Part shown: one piece after another, positions 24,525 through 37,766 of the stretch | Layout: each line of letters begins with the position of its first letter | Position numbering within the stretch: the stretch's first letter is position 1 | The notes under the pieces: model-generated | Seen by the model: the letters and a program-made list of their open reading frames with translations, nothing else | Told to the model about the DNA's origin: nothing | The model's database searches: none | DNA from: Entomortierella parvispora E1425 | Taxonomy: Eukaryota > Fungi > Mortierellomycota | Assembly: GCA_020891255.1 (NCBI GenBank) | Contig: BQFW01000002.1 | Location: 682,001 to 746,000 of the forward strand | DNA: 64,000 bases | Direction: 5' to 3' | Program-made: the position numbers and the translations under genes

Positions 24525-25691
24525 TAGAGAGTGGGGATGAGAGAGGAGAGGAGAAGAGATGTACAAACACGATACTGGGAGAAGGAAGGAAGGAAGGAAA
24601 GAAGAGGAAGAAAATAAAAAAAAGAAGAAAAGAAAAAAAAAAAAAAAAGAGGGGAGCTTCCAGAATGAGCAAAGCGAAGGAAGGCGTGAAAGAGAGGGAG
24701 GGAGAGAGAGGGGGGAAGGGTGCACAGAAAGAGAGGCAAGCCGCCCTCTTTGTGCTTCTGTGGTGTGGTGTGGTGTGGTGCTTGCCTTGTTTGCTTGCTT
24801 GCTTGCTTGCTATTACCCCATTTCGAGCAAACTTTGAACGTTGACCTGGCTGGCCTGGGCCGTTGTCTTTCTCGCGAGGAGGGAGCATGGCCACAGGGTC
24901 ATGGCATCCAGACGAGCTACTGCGACGACAACGACGACGAGGACGACAACGACGACGAGGACGGCATGTGAGTGTTGACAACGCTCCTTCTGGCCCTCTT
25001 CCTCCTTCTCCTTCTCCTTCTCTTGCTCCGCCGTGACGAAACACACCCGACGACAGCCCATGCGAAGTCAGTCTGGCAGACAGAACAGAACAGACAGACA
25101 GGGGCGACGTGACTGACCGTCTACTCACTGAAGGTCAGCGAGCACAGCCCAAAGAGACGAAACCTTTGCCTTTTTTCTTTTGGTTCCTTGGTTTATCATT
25201 CTCGCCTGCTGGATGGTGGCAGTGGGGGGGGGTCATGATTGACACTCAAGAACCGTGATGACGATGACGATAATGATAATGGCAACGGTGATAGCTCATT
25301 GCTGGCAGGCAGTCAGAATAGGTAGAACCCGCGAGCTCATATGGTGCACCAAGGCAACACTTCTTCGGACACGGCAACAGCAACAGCAACGGCGTTGGTT
25401 GACACCACATAAAACAGGGCGTTTTCTTGCCCCTGCCTCTATTTAATGCCTTTCACTGCCTCACCACCTTGCCTTTCTTCCTTCTCTCTTCTCTTTTCTT
25501 TCTTCTTCGCATTGTCCCCCATTCCTTTCATCCCGCCCTCTCTTCTCCCTTTCTCAACCGCCGCCCATCCCCTTTGTTCCAGAGGCCAGGACTGGCAGAA
25601 AAAAAAGACACCAGCTTGCACAGTCTACATCCTTTTCCATCCTTCCTCTTTCCTCCTTTCACCATCAACCCAGTCTGTCAGTCATCACACC

Positions 25692-27706
25692 ATGCAGCAA
25701 CAGCAGGTCTTCAACCAAAAGGATTACCCCATCGTTATGGCCATTGACTTTGGCACAACCTTCTCGTACTGTCTTTTCTTGAATAGTGACCTCTGATAGT
25801 TTATAAATTATCTAGTCAGGGATTCCAAAGCTAATACCCTTGCTCCACCCACTCTTTAGAGGATGTGCCTACGCCTATGCCCAGGACGACAAGGAGATTA
25901 TCGATATTACCTCTTGGTAAAGAGCAATGCCCTGTGTTTTTCACGCCGTGTACTCTTGTTGAGCTTTCGCCTTTGTAGATTGGTCCATAGGATTATTATG
26001 ATTTCTGTGCCACTTTCTTTGTGCTCGTTCCTGACCACTTGTTTTCCTGTGCATCCTCACTAGGCCCAGACAGAGCATTCAGTACCCAAAAACACCAACG
26101 TTGAACCTTTACAAAAAGGATGACCCGGAGCACAAGATGGTCGCCTGGGGTTGGAAGGCCAAGATGGAGACGCTCAAGCCCGCCGGCAGACACCATACTC
26201 TCCTACAGCAGTACAAGCTTCATCTGGATGAGAATTTGCAAAACGGACGTCTCGATGTGGATATTTCTGTGAACGACGCCATTGCTGATTACCTTGAAGC
26301 CTTTCATGAGTATGTGGTGGGTGAAATCATGCGTGGTTTTGCGAAAAACTTTCAGCGCGACCATTTCCGGTACTGCCTCACGGTCCCCGCCATGTGGTCG
26401 GATAGGGCCAAGAACGTCATGCGTCAAGCCGCTGTCAAGGCCAAGCTGATCAAGGAAACGGACCACCCCGACCGACTCATGTTGATCTCTGAGCCCGAGG
26501 CCGCTGCCTTGTATTGTGAGCGCAAGTGTGAGCAGTTCGATCTCGGTCATGGCGATCGCTTCATGATTTGCGATGCCGGTGGAGGAACTGTGGATTTGAT
26601 TGTTTTCGAAATTGCCGTGACAGGAGGAGGCAGACGGCTTTCTGAAGTCACCAAGGGTCATGGAGCCTCCTGTGGTTCCGTTTTCCTTGACCGACACATG
26701 CGTCGACTCTTGGACGAGCGATTTGGGCACAACGCGGCCAACTTTCCAGCAAACATCATCCCCAATTTGGTGGATACTTTTGCGGATGTCATCAAGCCTC
26801 AGTTTGACGGTATCGAGGACCAGTTCTTGCAGCTGCCTGCCAACAAGTGCTTTGATGACCTGGATGACCCCGAGGCCGTTGGTATCGACGATGGCTACTT
26901 GGTTCTGACCGCCGCCGAGTTGACCCAGAATGTCTTTGAGCCAGTGGTCCGAGATGTACTCTCGTTGATTCAGGAACAGTTGACTCAGGCAGTAAAGTGC
27001 TCGGCCATCTTCTTGGTTGGAGGCTTTGGCTCCTCGAATTATCTGTTTAGCCGTGTCAAGCAACAGTTCAGCAGTCAAGTCGGCTTGATCTCTATCCCAC
27101 CTCGCCCAGAGCTGGCTGTTGTTCGTGGTGCTGTCTCTGTGGGTCTCAACCCCAGAGTGGTAACCTCGCGTATTGCCCGCCGTTGCTACGGTATCTCATC
27201 TGACCAGCCCTTTGAGAAGGGCAAAGATCCTTTGGCAAAGCGCAAGTTCGAGGTCAACGGTGTGTGGTGTATCGATCGCTTCTCACCTTATGTCAAGAAG
27301 GGTCAAAAATTGAACGTGGACGAGTCGATTGTTCGAGAATTCTCGTTCACAAAGTACTCGGAGGCACCGGAGGACTATAACATCGCACTGTATGCTGCGG
27401 ACACGGATGGCGATCCTCCAAGATACACCACTGATCCGGGTGTCACCAAGCTGGCGGACATCCCCATTCCATGCCCACACTCGCCCACAGCACGCCTTGG
27501 ATCGATGGTAGGTGTTTTATTGATTGTTGGGCTCATGTGGAAACCACTGTTTTTTGTTACAAATTCTAATTATTTTTTCTTGCCTTCTATAGGTCAAGGT
27601 CAAGGTCAACATGAACTTTGGACTGAACGAAATCAAGGCGGAGGCCATTGTTGGCGACAAGGTGTACTGCACCATTCTTCAGTTCGATGCAGTCGACACC
27701 TTCTAA
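25692..27706 (+). CDS. Atypical Hsp70 (HSPA12-like actin-fold ATPase, 562 aa)
   Basis: Exons 25692-25765, 25860-25916, 26064-27507 and 27593-27706. Motifs AIDFGTTFSG, YCLTVPAMW, ISEPEAAA, ICDAGGGTVD and LVGGFGSS. Confidence 0.9.
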
Positions 27707-27740
27707 AATATCTTTAGCTATACCATTTCGAAAAAAAACG

Positions 27741-27764
27741 CGTGACGTGGCACCATGTCACGTG
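27741..27764. promoter_or_regulatory. Inverted-repeat element containing GTCACGTG (E-box/Cbf1-type) and TGACGTGG, upstream of TMF1
   Basis: CGTGACGTGG-CA-CCATGTCACG (10-nt arms, 1 mismatch). GTCACGTG is at 27757-27764, about 270 nt upstream of the ATG at 28037. Confidence 0.4.
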
Positions 27765-28036
27765 CGATATTAAAGACAGACAGCCGCATGCATTAACTTT
27801 TCCTCATCTTGGTCCACTTTAAACTGTGTCCTGCTCATCCCATCTCTTCGGACATCAAAGGTATAGCCATGACCATACTGGAGCTATGAACCATGTATTT
27901 GAACCTTCTATGGTGCTTCTATGCTACTTTCATTTGCTCATCCTTGTTTTTACTACTGACTCTGAAAGAAAGAAGATAGGCACACCCCCACAGATAGGGA
28001 AACAGACGAACTGCTCAATCGCCTTCTCCCATCAAA

Positions 28037-31000
28037 ATGAGCGGCTTCTTTGGCACGGGCGGCTCAGGATCCAACTCGGGATCGAATTCAAACGCTAATG
28101 GCTCTAGTAGCGGAGGAAGCGGATGGGGCAGTTTTCTAAAGCAAGGGTTGTCGTCCATCGAATCGAAATTGGATATGGTTCTGGATATGCAGGTCCCGAT
28201 CCCAGGAGGAACCACAGCCGCCTTGACATCCTTCTCCTCACATGCATCGGTTCTGCCTTCCTCTTTCACATCTGGTGGTAACACTAACAAGGAAGGCGAG
28301 AACAGTGGAGCCATCAAATCCTCGACGACAGAAGGACAAGCTGACTCTGAAGAGACCATTGGAGAGGAGGTGCAACAAGGACATGAGAAAAGGTCTTCGA
28401 CCATCTCAACAAGGTCATCCGCCGGCTCGAGTATCCGTCACAAAAGCAGTGCTCATGATATGAAACGAACTTCCAGTCAGACCAGTGCTCGAGGCTCGAG
28501 CGAGGATCCAAAGGACAATGGCGGTGCAGTCAACAGTGGGAAAGCAGAGTCTTCGGCTGTGGTCACAGTCGATCCATTCACTGGAATGATCACTACAACG
28601 CCAGGGGTCACACGGATGTCAACACCCCCAATCTCTGGAGCCGGTGTAGCGGCTGCAGCCTCCTCAACCATGTCAGCAGCAGCCGCAGCGGCTGCGGCCA
28701 ATAGGGAGAGATTGGAGCAGAGGATGCGAGGTATCTTTAAGAAATCGACTTCAGAGACTGCACCAACTACCCCGACACCTTCTACAACAGCTGTTTCGTC
28801 TCCTGTTCAATCACCTTCAGCTTCAGTATCCAAAGTTAAAGAAAAGGAATCTCTGGATGTTGAGGCTGATAATACAGAAACTGTCACAGCCGGTACTGTC
28901 GCAGTCAAGGATGAACCCACTGTCGAAGCTAGCCCGGAATCACCCCCTACTGATGATAGCGATGTCAAGTCAACTCTGGCTATTTCTGCCAAAGAGGAAC
29001 CAAAGTCCTCTACAGTCATCACTGAGCATATCAAGGAAATCGCGACGGCTGAAACGGAGGTAGAAAAGGAGGATGCTGTAAGAGAGGATGCTAAAGAGGA
29101 TACTCTAGCGACGGCCGAAGTCGACTGCAAAGTCAGCCCGGAAAACGATACTGAGACAGTACCACCACAACAGGAGGAAGAGGTGGTAGCAGAGAACTCA
29201 GATGATCAAGTCGAGGGAGAAGAGGATCCTGCACCCCGGAAGGAATCTCTTTCTTCTGAAGAGCTTGTTGAAGGTGAAAAATCTGACGAAGCGCTTCGAG
29301 TTCAAATCGCAGAAGCCCAGGCAGAGATTGAGCAGGAGACCCCAACAAGGAGCAAATCCGCCACACCAACTCCAGTAACGCCTGCCGAAGACGGCCCACC
29401 TTATACCCCTAAAATTTCCGCAGAGTTGGACGGTACAGCAGGTCAACCAGAGTCTTTGTCCACAGCGACAACACCTACTACCACTTCGGATTCTTTGGAA
29501 ACCAAGGCTGTCGAGTCGGCCCTTGTGACGGAATCCGTCCCAGTTGTTGCAGCTGCAGCGCCCACCAAACCGTCAGGAGCGAACGTGCAACCAAAATCGG
29601 TTTTAGAGCAACGGGAAGAGCAGCTTTTCAAGGCGATGCAGGAGCAATCCTCGCTGTTGGAGCGACTCAGGGATTTGGAGGACGCCAAGGCAGCGGAAGA
29701 CTCTGTCCAAAAGACCAAAATTGCTGGCCTGGAGAAGATCATCGAGAACCAAAAGAAGGAGCTTGAGGTTGCCAGGGCTAGTAATCTGGACAGTCAACCA
29801 AGGTCGATTCAAAAAACGTTAGAAGAACAGCGCGCACTGCTTGAAGAAAAAGACGAACAGATCAGGGGATTATTGGCAGAAGGTAAAGTCGTTTAATGCA
29901 GCACTTCATGTGTGGACAGACGAATTGATTCACCTGAGGCTGACTTTTTCTCTTTGATTTGAAACAAAGGTGAGGTTCTATCCAAGAAGGAGTTCAAGAA
30001 CTTGACGTCGATCAAGACCTTGCGGACGAAAAACATCGAAGCTGAAAAGAACCAAATGGACCTTCAAAAGAAGTACGATCGACTGGCCGCCGAGCATGCA
30101 GACAACCATGCCAGAGTTGGGAGACTCCAAGACGAGAACAAACGACTTGAAGGTTAGGAGCTTTTTTTTTTTTTTTTTTTTTTTTCCTACCCCTTATCAC
30201 TTATATCTAGGGTAATGGGCAAACAAACTGATGCGAGAATGCCTTGACCTGGATTTGTTCTTATTAGATAATGCTCGATCTGCATTCGATACCACCCAAC
30301 GACAGGCTAAACAAATCAGCAAACTGGAGAGTGAGATTGCACAGCTGCGAGAGGACAAATCGAGCTTACAATTGGGATTGGATCGTGCCTGGCAAGAACT
30401 GACCGAGGCTCGTAAGGCTTCTGCCGAGTTGTCGTCTCAGACCCATGCGGCGGCTCTGGACCGAGAGATGAAGCTCAATGAGGAACTCTTGGAGCAGGTC
30501 AACAGTCTCAAGAACCAACACGCGGCCGTTGAGGCCTCCCTTCGACAGGATATCCAGGACCTGCGTGTTTCCCTTTCCAACAGGGAAGAACTCGCTGGAG
30601 AGACAGAGGATCATTTGAGGATGGAGATCAAGAATCTGCAGTACAGACTGGAGCAGACGGACAATGACTCGTTTGAGCTCCAGGAGGCATTGGATGAGGC
30701 ACGGAGACCGCTGCTGAGACAGATCGAAATGATTCAGAATCAACATACTATTGCCGGCAGAAACTGGGACAAGATTGAGTTGACGCTGACACGGCGTGTG
30801 ACAGAAGCAGAAGAGGATGTAACCAAGGCTCAGGAGCGCGAGCGAGCTGCAAGGGACAGACTGGACGAGGTGGTAAGTGTATTTGTCATAGAGAAAAGAG
30901 ATACGTGGGGGATGGTATCGATATCTCTCATCTAACTTTATTCCTTCATGATGCCCAATGTCTGAATAGAAATCACAAAACAGCGCTCTGGAAGCTCGTC

Positions 31001-31985
31001 TGGAAACCTTGCGGATAGCGGATACTCAGCTCCGGTCAGAAGTAAACTCCAGTAAACGAACCATTGTCGAAAAGGAGGAGGCGGCACGCCAGGCTCAAGC
31101 TGAGTTGAGTCGGGAACGTGCAAGTAGAGAACGTGCTGTAGAAGAGGCTAAGGCAGATGTGGAGCGGAAATGGCGACTGTTGCAGCAAGCTGAGGCAGAC
31201 AAGCACAAGGCACAAGTGCAGCAATTGTCCTCACTCTCCTCTCAAGGTGCAGCAGCCACAGTAGCAGCAGAGGACGACGTACTGCTCCTTTCTGCTGTCC
31301 CCAGGAAACCAACGTCGTCATCCTCCACCAACAATGGCGCCATGAATGTTACAACGCCACAGTCGGAGCAGTTCTCAAGAACCAGCTTTGACTCTCTTAA
31401 GAGCCCCATCAGCTTGGATGGTATGCCTCCTCTTTCGAGAACCAGTTCTACCCATACGATGACAGGAGTATCTTCGAACCTGTCTTCAGCATCGCTCGGC
31501 CTTGCTGGTCTTGGAGGCAGCCACTCAACTGGACCCGCAGTAGCGATCGAGCGACTGAATACAATGGTCCGTCAGCTGGAAGGCCAGGTCTCCTTCTTGA
31601 CTGAGCAAGTCCGAAGCTCAAACAAGAACAAAGGTAAATCAACGGGTCCCTGCGGAACAGTGGCATGAGATGTCATTGTCAAGTCGACCGAGAATCTGAC
31701 AACGAAACTATTTGTCCTTTACCGCCCCTATTAGATGAACTTTCAGACGAGTTGGTCAAGGTTACCATGGAGCTTGAAGAATTGCAGCAGGTTGCAGGCC
31801 GTGTGCCAGGATTGGAGCATGAGCTCACGTTACTCCAGCAACGCCACAAGGCAGCGTTGGAAATGTTGGGTGAGCGTACCGAAGAGGTTGAAGAGCTCAA
31901 GGCCGACATTGCCGATGTCAAGGAGGCCTATCGGGACCAGATCAACGAGCTGTTGAGCCAGCTTGAAAAGTCGCGAAGGCGGTAG
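28037..31985 (+). CDS. TMF1: TATA element modulatory factor 1 / Sgm1-type golgin (1182 aa)
   Basis: Exons 28037-29882, 29970-30152, 30268-30872, 30970-31633 and 31735-31985. It carries a TMF_DNA_bd-like LLAEGEVLSKKEFK motif, a long coiled coil, and a C-terminal TMF_TATA_bd-like segment (ERLNTMVRQLEGQ..LEMLGERTEEVEELKADIADVKEAYRDQI). Confidence 0.9.
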
Positions 31986-32202
31986 AACTCGCATTATCGC
32001 CTTTCAGGATAGAAAATGCGAACTCGATACCACCATACTATATAGATCCATATTTCAAATTTTGAGACGATGATGGGGTGTTTTTTTTATTATTCAGCAA
32101 AAATGAGTGTATGGTTTTCTTTATGACCTGCATGTGCGCATGGGCAGGGTGGTGTGAGGCAGGGATATGTTTGTGTTGTTGTGTTGTTGTGTTGTTTGCG
32201 CT

Positions 32203-35200
32203 TTAAGAAGCGTCGGTCATTTCAAAGTCGCTGTTCCGTCTACGCGCCTTTCCGTTTTCCTCCTCTTCCTCCTCGTCTTCATCATATTCATCATCATCGT
32301 CACCGTCTTCCTCTTCGTCTTCGTCGTCCTCCTCCTCTGCTTCATCCTCATCATCTCCCTCCTCCTCCTTCCTGTTGGATCGAGACGACATATTGCTGAG
32401 TGATTTTCTCCGGCGCTTGGAAGATGAAGAGACGGACTGTAAAGTCGCAGGATCTGTTGCGCTTCGACTGGATTTCGACTTTGAATTGATGGGTGTCAAT
32501 GATTTCAAAGACGAGGAAGAGGAGGAGGATGACGAAGAAGGTTGAGGGAGGACCTCGTTCTCGCTGTCATCTCCACTTTCGGGTCCTTGACATCCATGGT
32601 CATTCGTGCCCAAGGTTTGCGAGGGACCCTGTTTCCGCTTTGAATTTTCTTCTTCATTCTTGCCCATTCCATCAACGCCCATGTCCTGCTTCTTCAGACT
32701 CTGACTTCCGGAAGGTTGAGAACCTTTAACGGAGGTCGACTTGCTGTTGCCGCCGTTCCCGTTCTTGTCCTTTTCTTTCTCCTTCTCTTGTTGATTTCCT
32801 ATCCGGGCAGCCTCCACCGCCATGGCACTCTGTTCAGCCACTTCGGCCGCCATCTGGGCCGCTGCCATCTCCTTTGCCGTTGCTTCCGAAAGCTGAGCTT
32901 CGGACAATCTCCAGCTCTCAAAGAACAGTTGGATCTGGTCCTTTGTCAAAGTCACAGTCTTTGTCTTTGAATTGTCCTTTTCTGCCCCTTCGCCATCCTC
33001 TCCGTCTTGCTCGTTCTCTTGCCCGGCTTGGAATGTGGATTCGAACCAAGAGGACATTGATTGCTCCATATAGTCCTGTTGAACTTGAAATCTGGCCACG
33101 GTCAAATCCCGTTGGGCGAGCTCGGCTTTCAAAGCACAGATATAGTCAAAGGACTTTTTCAACAAAAACACCTTGGAAGGCGCCTTCTCCTGAATGTTGG
33201 GGATCATTTGTCGAAGGTCCTCGAAACAATGCTTCAAGGAATCACGGCGCTTTTGTTCCGCAGCCTTGTGGGACGTACGACGGAGCTCGATTCCAGAATG
33301 AAGGTCAGTGTTGTATGACAGTCCGAGGGCACTAAAAAGTTGAATAAAAGAAAGGATAAGTCCTGTAGTCCTTGATACAATGCAGAGCAAAAAAAAAAAT
33401 GGATGGGTACGGCACTTACGTGTGATCTCCATCTAGGATGTTTTGGTAGTTGGACTTGGAGGCTAGTCGCGCCATGACTTCAGAGGTCGAGACACCTGGC
33501 AGCCATGGTTTCAGGCCCGGAGACACCAGCAAAGGTTGACCCCGAGGCGACATCAAAATTGGTTGTTGAGCTCCTCCACCGCCTCCACTGATACTTCCAC
33601 TCCGATGTCCATGCGAAGCTATCGGCTGGGGCATCAACGTTGGTTTCAAGGCTGGGGAGATGAGGGTCGGAAATCCAGAAGATGGAGGCGGCATAGGTGA
33701 GATGAACGCGGCCATGGTCCCAGGCGTCCTTGGCATGATGGGTCCTGCTGTCATTGTAGCAGAGCCCGACTTTCGATGATGATTACTTCCACTGCTTCCG
33801 CTCTTCTTTCCAGACGATGAAGTAGAGGTGGAGGACCTGGAGCCTCCAGATTTCGTAGCCGAGGACGAAGCTCCTGTCGACTCTGCTGATTTGCTGGAGG
33901 GCTTGGGCTTTAATTTGGCTCCGGCACCGAACTTTGGGGAGGATGCAGGCGTCGACTCGGATCCTGAGAGGTTCATCAAGGATGCAGGCGTTACGGGAGC
34001 CAAAGCAGACTTTGGTGTGTTGGTTTTGGACGACAGGGAGGACGAAGAGTTGTTGGACGACGGGGCCGAGGGCCGCAATGCCTTTGGGGTAGATTTTGTC
34101 GATCCTACTCCACGCTCGGGTGCAGCCATGGTGGCGTCTCCACTATCCCCAGAGGAAACAGCCAGTGAGCTACTGTTTTGATCCACAACAGATGATTGCA
34201 GATTAGTTGAGGATCCGGGGTTGGTTTGCTGAAGAGAGAGCTGCTTGGTCAGATCGAGGTCCATGGGTTGTGATTGTTGCTGCTGTTGCTTCTGTGGGGT
34301 AAACTGGAAGCCATTGCTATTTGAATTCGAGGTTTGGCTTTGTGCGGGCATGGTGGAGATGCTAAGTTGTCTCTGAGTCCGCTCCTGGTTCCGAGTTTGC
34401 TGTGAGGGGAGGATCATGGGAGACCTGGGAGGTGGCATCATGGATGAAGCTGGTAGAGCAAAGAGAGCAGGAGAGGCTGGCATCATCGAGAGGTGATTCA
34501 TATGCGAGACCAATCTAGGCGACGGAGAAGGTTGTCCATTCAAACCAGGGGTCGTCACCATGGGCTGAGTGGTCGAAAGCATGATAGGCGAAGGTGTCGG
34601 TCGACTGTTGGCTGGGAAGTGCATCGTCATAGGCGATGCTGGCGCAAGAGTAACGGTTGTTCTAGTGCGATTGGCTGCAGTGGTAGCACTACTACTACTG
34701 CTAGCAACAGTTGTTGTAGGCTGACTTCTGAGATTCGAAGGCGAAGAAGGGACATGGCTTGTCATGGGCTGCAACGCTGGAAAGCTCTTGGACATGGCAT
34801 TGCTGGTCGCGCCATTACCGCCCGGCGCCGAGGTTCGTGGAAGACTGGAACTTGAAAGACCATTTGTCACCCTTTCCACCGTCGTCCTTCTTTTCACAGG
34901 TGGCCGCTGTCCACTCAAGGCAGGACTCTTTGTATCAGTCAAATGATGCTTTGCCCCAATTGTCTGACCAGATTGAAGTACATCAGAAGAACCTCCTTGC
35001 TGTAGTTGTTGTTGTTGTTGTTGTTGTTGCTGTTGCTGGAACTGTTGTGGTGGTTGCTGGAACTGCTGCAGCTGCTGTTGAAGTTGCTGTTGTTGCGCCT
35101 GATGAGCTTGCTGGAATTGGATGGGCAACGAGCTAAAATTCGAGCCTGTAAATGACAGATAATCGATCTGCGAGGACCTATGGGGTTGAAGGGCAGGGGA

Positions 35201-36367
35201 GGACAATGGCGAAAAGATCTCGTTGGTGGTCGACATGGCCTGAGGCATATTGGAGTACGGATGCACTGGAGTCATTGCCGGAGAGATCAACGGGGTAAAG
35301 AAGACTTGCTGAGAGTCCATGATACATGACAGAGAAAGAGTCAAGGAGATAGGGGCGGGAGAGATTCAGACGGAGGGCCTGTTAGTGTCTTGGATAATTG
35401 TGAATAAAATGTCCTTTTTTTTTTCCATTGTTACCTCGTCGTCATCGAATTGCTCGTTGAGCGCCATGGTCGTGTTGTCTGTCGTGTTTTCGGGCTGGAT
35501 CCCCAAAGGCGACATGTACTGAGAAAAGTCTGCTGAAGAGTAGTACTCACTTCCCGCAGGGGTCAAAAGTTGATGTCCCCGAGGACCACTGCCATCCTTT
35601 TGTTGGTTCTGGTTCTGATTCTGACCCTGGTTCTGGTTCTGGTTTTGCATCTGCGCCGCCTGTGCCTGTGCTTGTGCCTGAACTTGGGCCCGCACTCTTG
35701 CCTGGGCTTGAACCTGGGCCTGAACGTGGCTTTGTTGTTGTTGCTGCTGTTGCGGGGTTGATTGAGGCAACAACTGCAATTGTTGCTGTTGCTGTTGACG
35801 CAGTTGCTCCTGCTGTCTTTGCTGTTGTTGCTGCAGGAGCAGTTGTTGTTGTTGGTGCTGCTGTTGTAACTGTTGCTGGAGACTTGGACCCGCGCGGTTC
35901 AATTTCTCAGGGTGGGTTTGAAGGATGGGAGTGGTCGCGCCCCCGGCACTCGAGACCGCAGCCGCCAACATGTCCATGGACGCCGAAGGATGATAGTCCA
36001 AAGTCGATCGTGAATGACTCGAGTTGCCGTCATTATTGCCATCCATAATCTGCTGTTGTTGCTGTTGCTGTTGTGGCTGCCACCGGTTCTCGGGTTCGTT
36101 GCGGTTGTTGGGTGCTTCATTTTGAAGAAGTAAACTCTGAAGCTGTCGCTGGTCTTGCTGCAACCGCTGCTGTTGTTGCTGCTGCTGTTGTCGCTGTTGC
36201 TGCTCTTGGTGTTGAGCCAACTGTTGCTGTTGCTGCTGGAGATGCTGTTGTTGCAAATGTTGCTGCACCTGGTTTGCCTGGGTCGGATCAAACGAAAAGT
36301 CGTTCAGCGACAGCTCCAAGCCGGCCTGGTCGAGACTGAACGAAGAGTTGTCAAAGTCGTAGGACAT
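32203..36367 (-). CDS. Pho4/NUC-1/PalcA-like bHLH transcription factor (1316 aa, poly-Q rich)
   Basis: Exons 36367-35435, 35308-33420 and 33331-32203. The bHLH RRTSHKAAEQKRRDSLKHCFEDLRQMIP..SKVFLLKKSFDYI is preceded by LASKSNYQNILDG, the block that precedes the bHLH in NUC-1/PalcA. Multiple SPAL/SPGL/SPMI sites. Confidence 0.8.
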
Positions 36368-37766
36368 TTTCGACCTCTTTTCTTTGGGATTTTTGTTCTT
36401 TTCTTCTTCAGTCTTTCTTTTTTTTTTTTTTGGTCGAATGTCGCCACAAGGGGACAAAAACAAAAGCAAAATAGAAAAAAGGGGGAGAAGGAGTGGAGGA
36501 AGATGGTTGGGTTCTTGGCCCCGTTAGAGGATGTGCCTGCGACACAATGATATCAATCAAGAGAAAAGAAAAAAAAGAAAAAAAGGAAAAAAATTGTTAG
36601 AAATCATTGCATATGTGACGAAGTTCATCCCAAGAAGGTAGCGCAATTTTTTTTTTTTTTTTTTTTTTTGAATATTCTCTGAATCAGCCATGCAGTTCAA
36701 CCCATCGCCCATGTCAGTTTGAATGCAGGAGTGGTCATGCATTCGCCATCAGCTCAAAACAAGGTGCAAGACGCAAGGTTGCGTCTTGTATTACCTTTTT
36801 GCTTGATGAGAAAAAAAGGGTCCAAAAGTGAGGTTCAGAAACCCATGCGTAGATTCTCGATGTGGATAATCAAATACGAGAAGGAAAAAAAAGACAGGGG
36901 AGGGTGCTAGGGGAGAAGTTGAAGGTTTTTGTGCTCAGGACTCGACTGCAGCTTTCAAGGGCGTTAAAAACAAGAAGCGAACAAAGATGACAATGGGGAT
37001 TTGAACAGTGAGTTGAAGTAAGAAAAGGAAGGAAAGAATTAAAAAGAAAGAAAAAAATAGACAGGTCAACTTCCAGGGGAGGAAGAGGGGGCATGGACAC
37101 TCCCGGGGCGCTTTTCAACTTTTTTGCATCGCCCTCTTGAGCCATCGTCCATCCTCCATCCTCTACCCTTCCTTCTCCTCACTCCTCTCCCCTTTCCCCT
37201 AATTTTTGGCAGGTTGTTACTTGTTGACCAGAGAAGGAGGGAGAAGGGGAGGACGGTTCGTTATTGATGTCGGCGGCTCCTTGATAATGAGGTCGATCCC
37301 CTCCCTCCTGGACCCGAGGATTCGCCTCTCAGGAACGAGGGTCTCTTTAAAAAGAAAGAAAGCCCTCTTTTTCCTCGCCTTTGAGTCGCCCTGTCATCTC
37401 CGAATTGATCTCCAAATCACCTTGTGGTCAAGAACTGTGCTCACACAGGGACTTTGTCCACCCGTCCATAGACAGCGGCACGTTGCGATTCTCCGCTTGT
37501 GATTGGATGCCCGGCCGTAGTACGGCACTACGGGCGGCATGGCAAACCTTGCCTTGTCCGCTCGGACACCAAGCCATCATCATCCATCCCCTGTCAGTCA
37601 CACACACAACACACAACACACAACATTGTTGAATCATGGACATGGTGAAAACAAAACGAAGGTGTTATTTACAACAAGAAATTCAAACTGGACAAGAGGG
37701 GAGAGAGTCATTATGTATAGCGAAGGGGTAGGAAAGGTTGTGGGATCGTTAAGTAGCAACAGGTGC

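Noticed and set aside
36870-37145. 91-aa ORF upstream of the bHLH gene as a regulatory uORF
   Set aside because: It mostly translates CT-rich promoter sequence, and the TSS is unknown, so it cannot be placed in the transcript.
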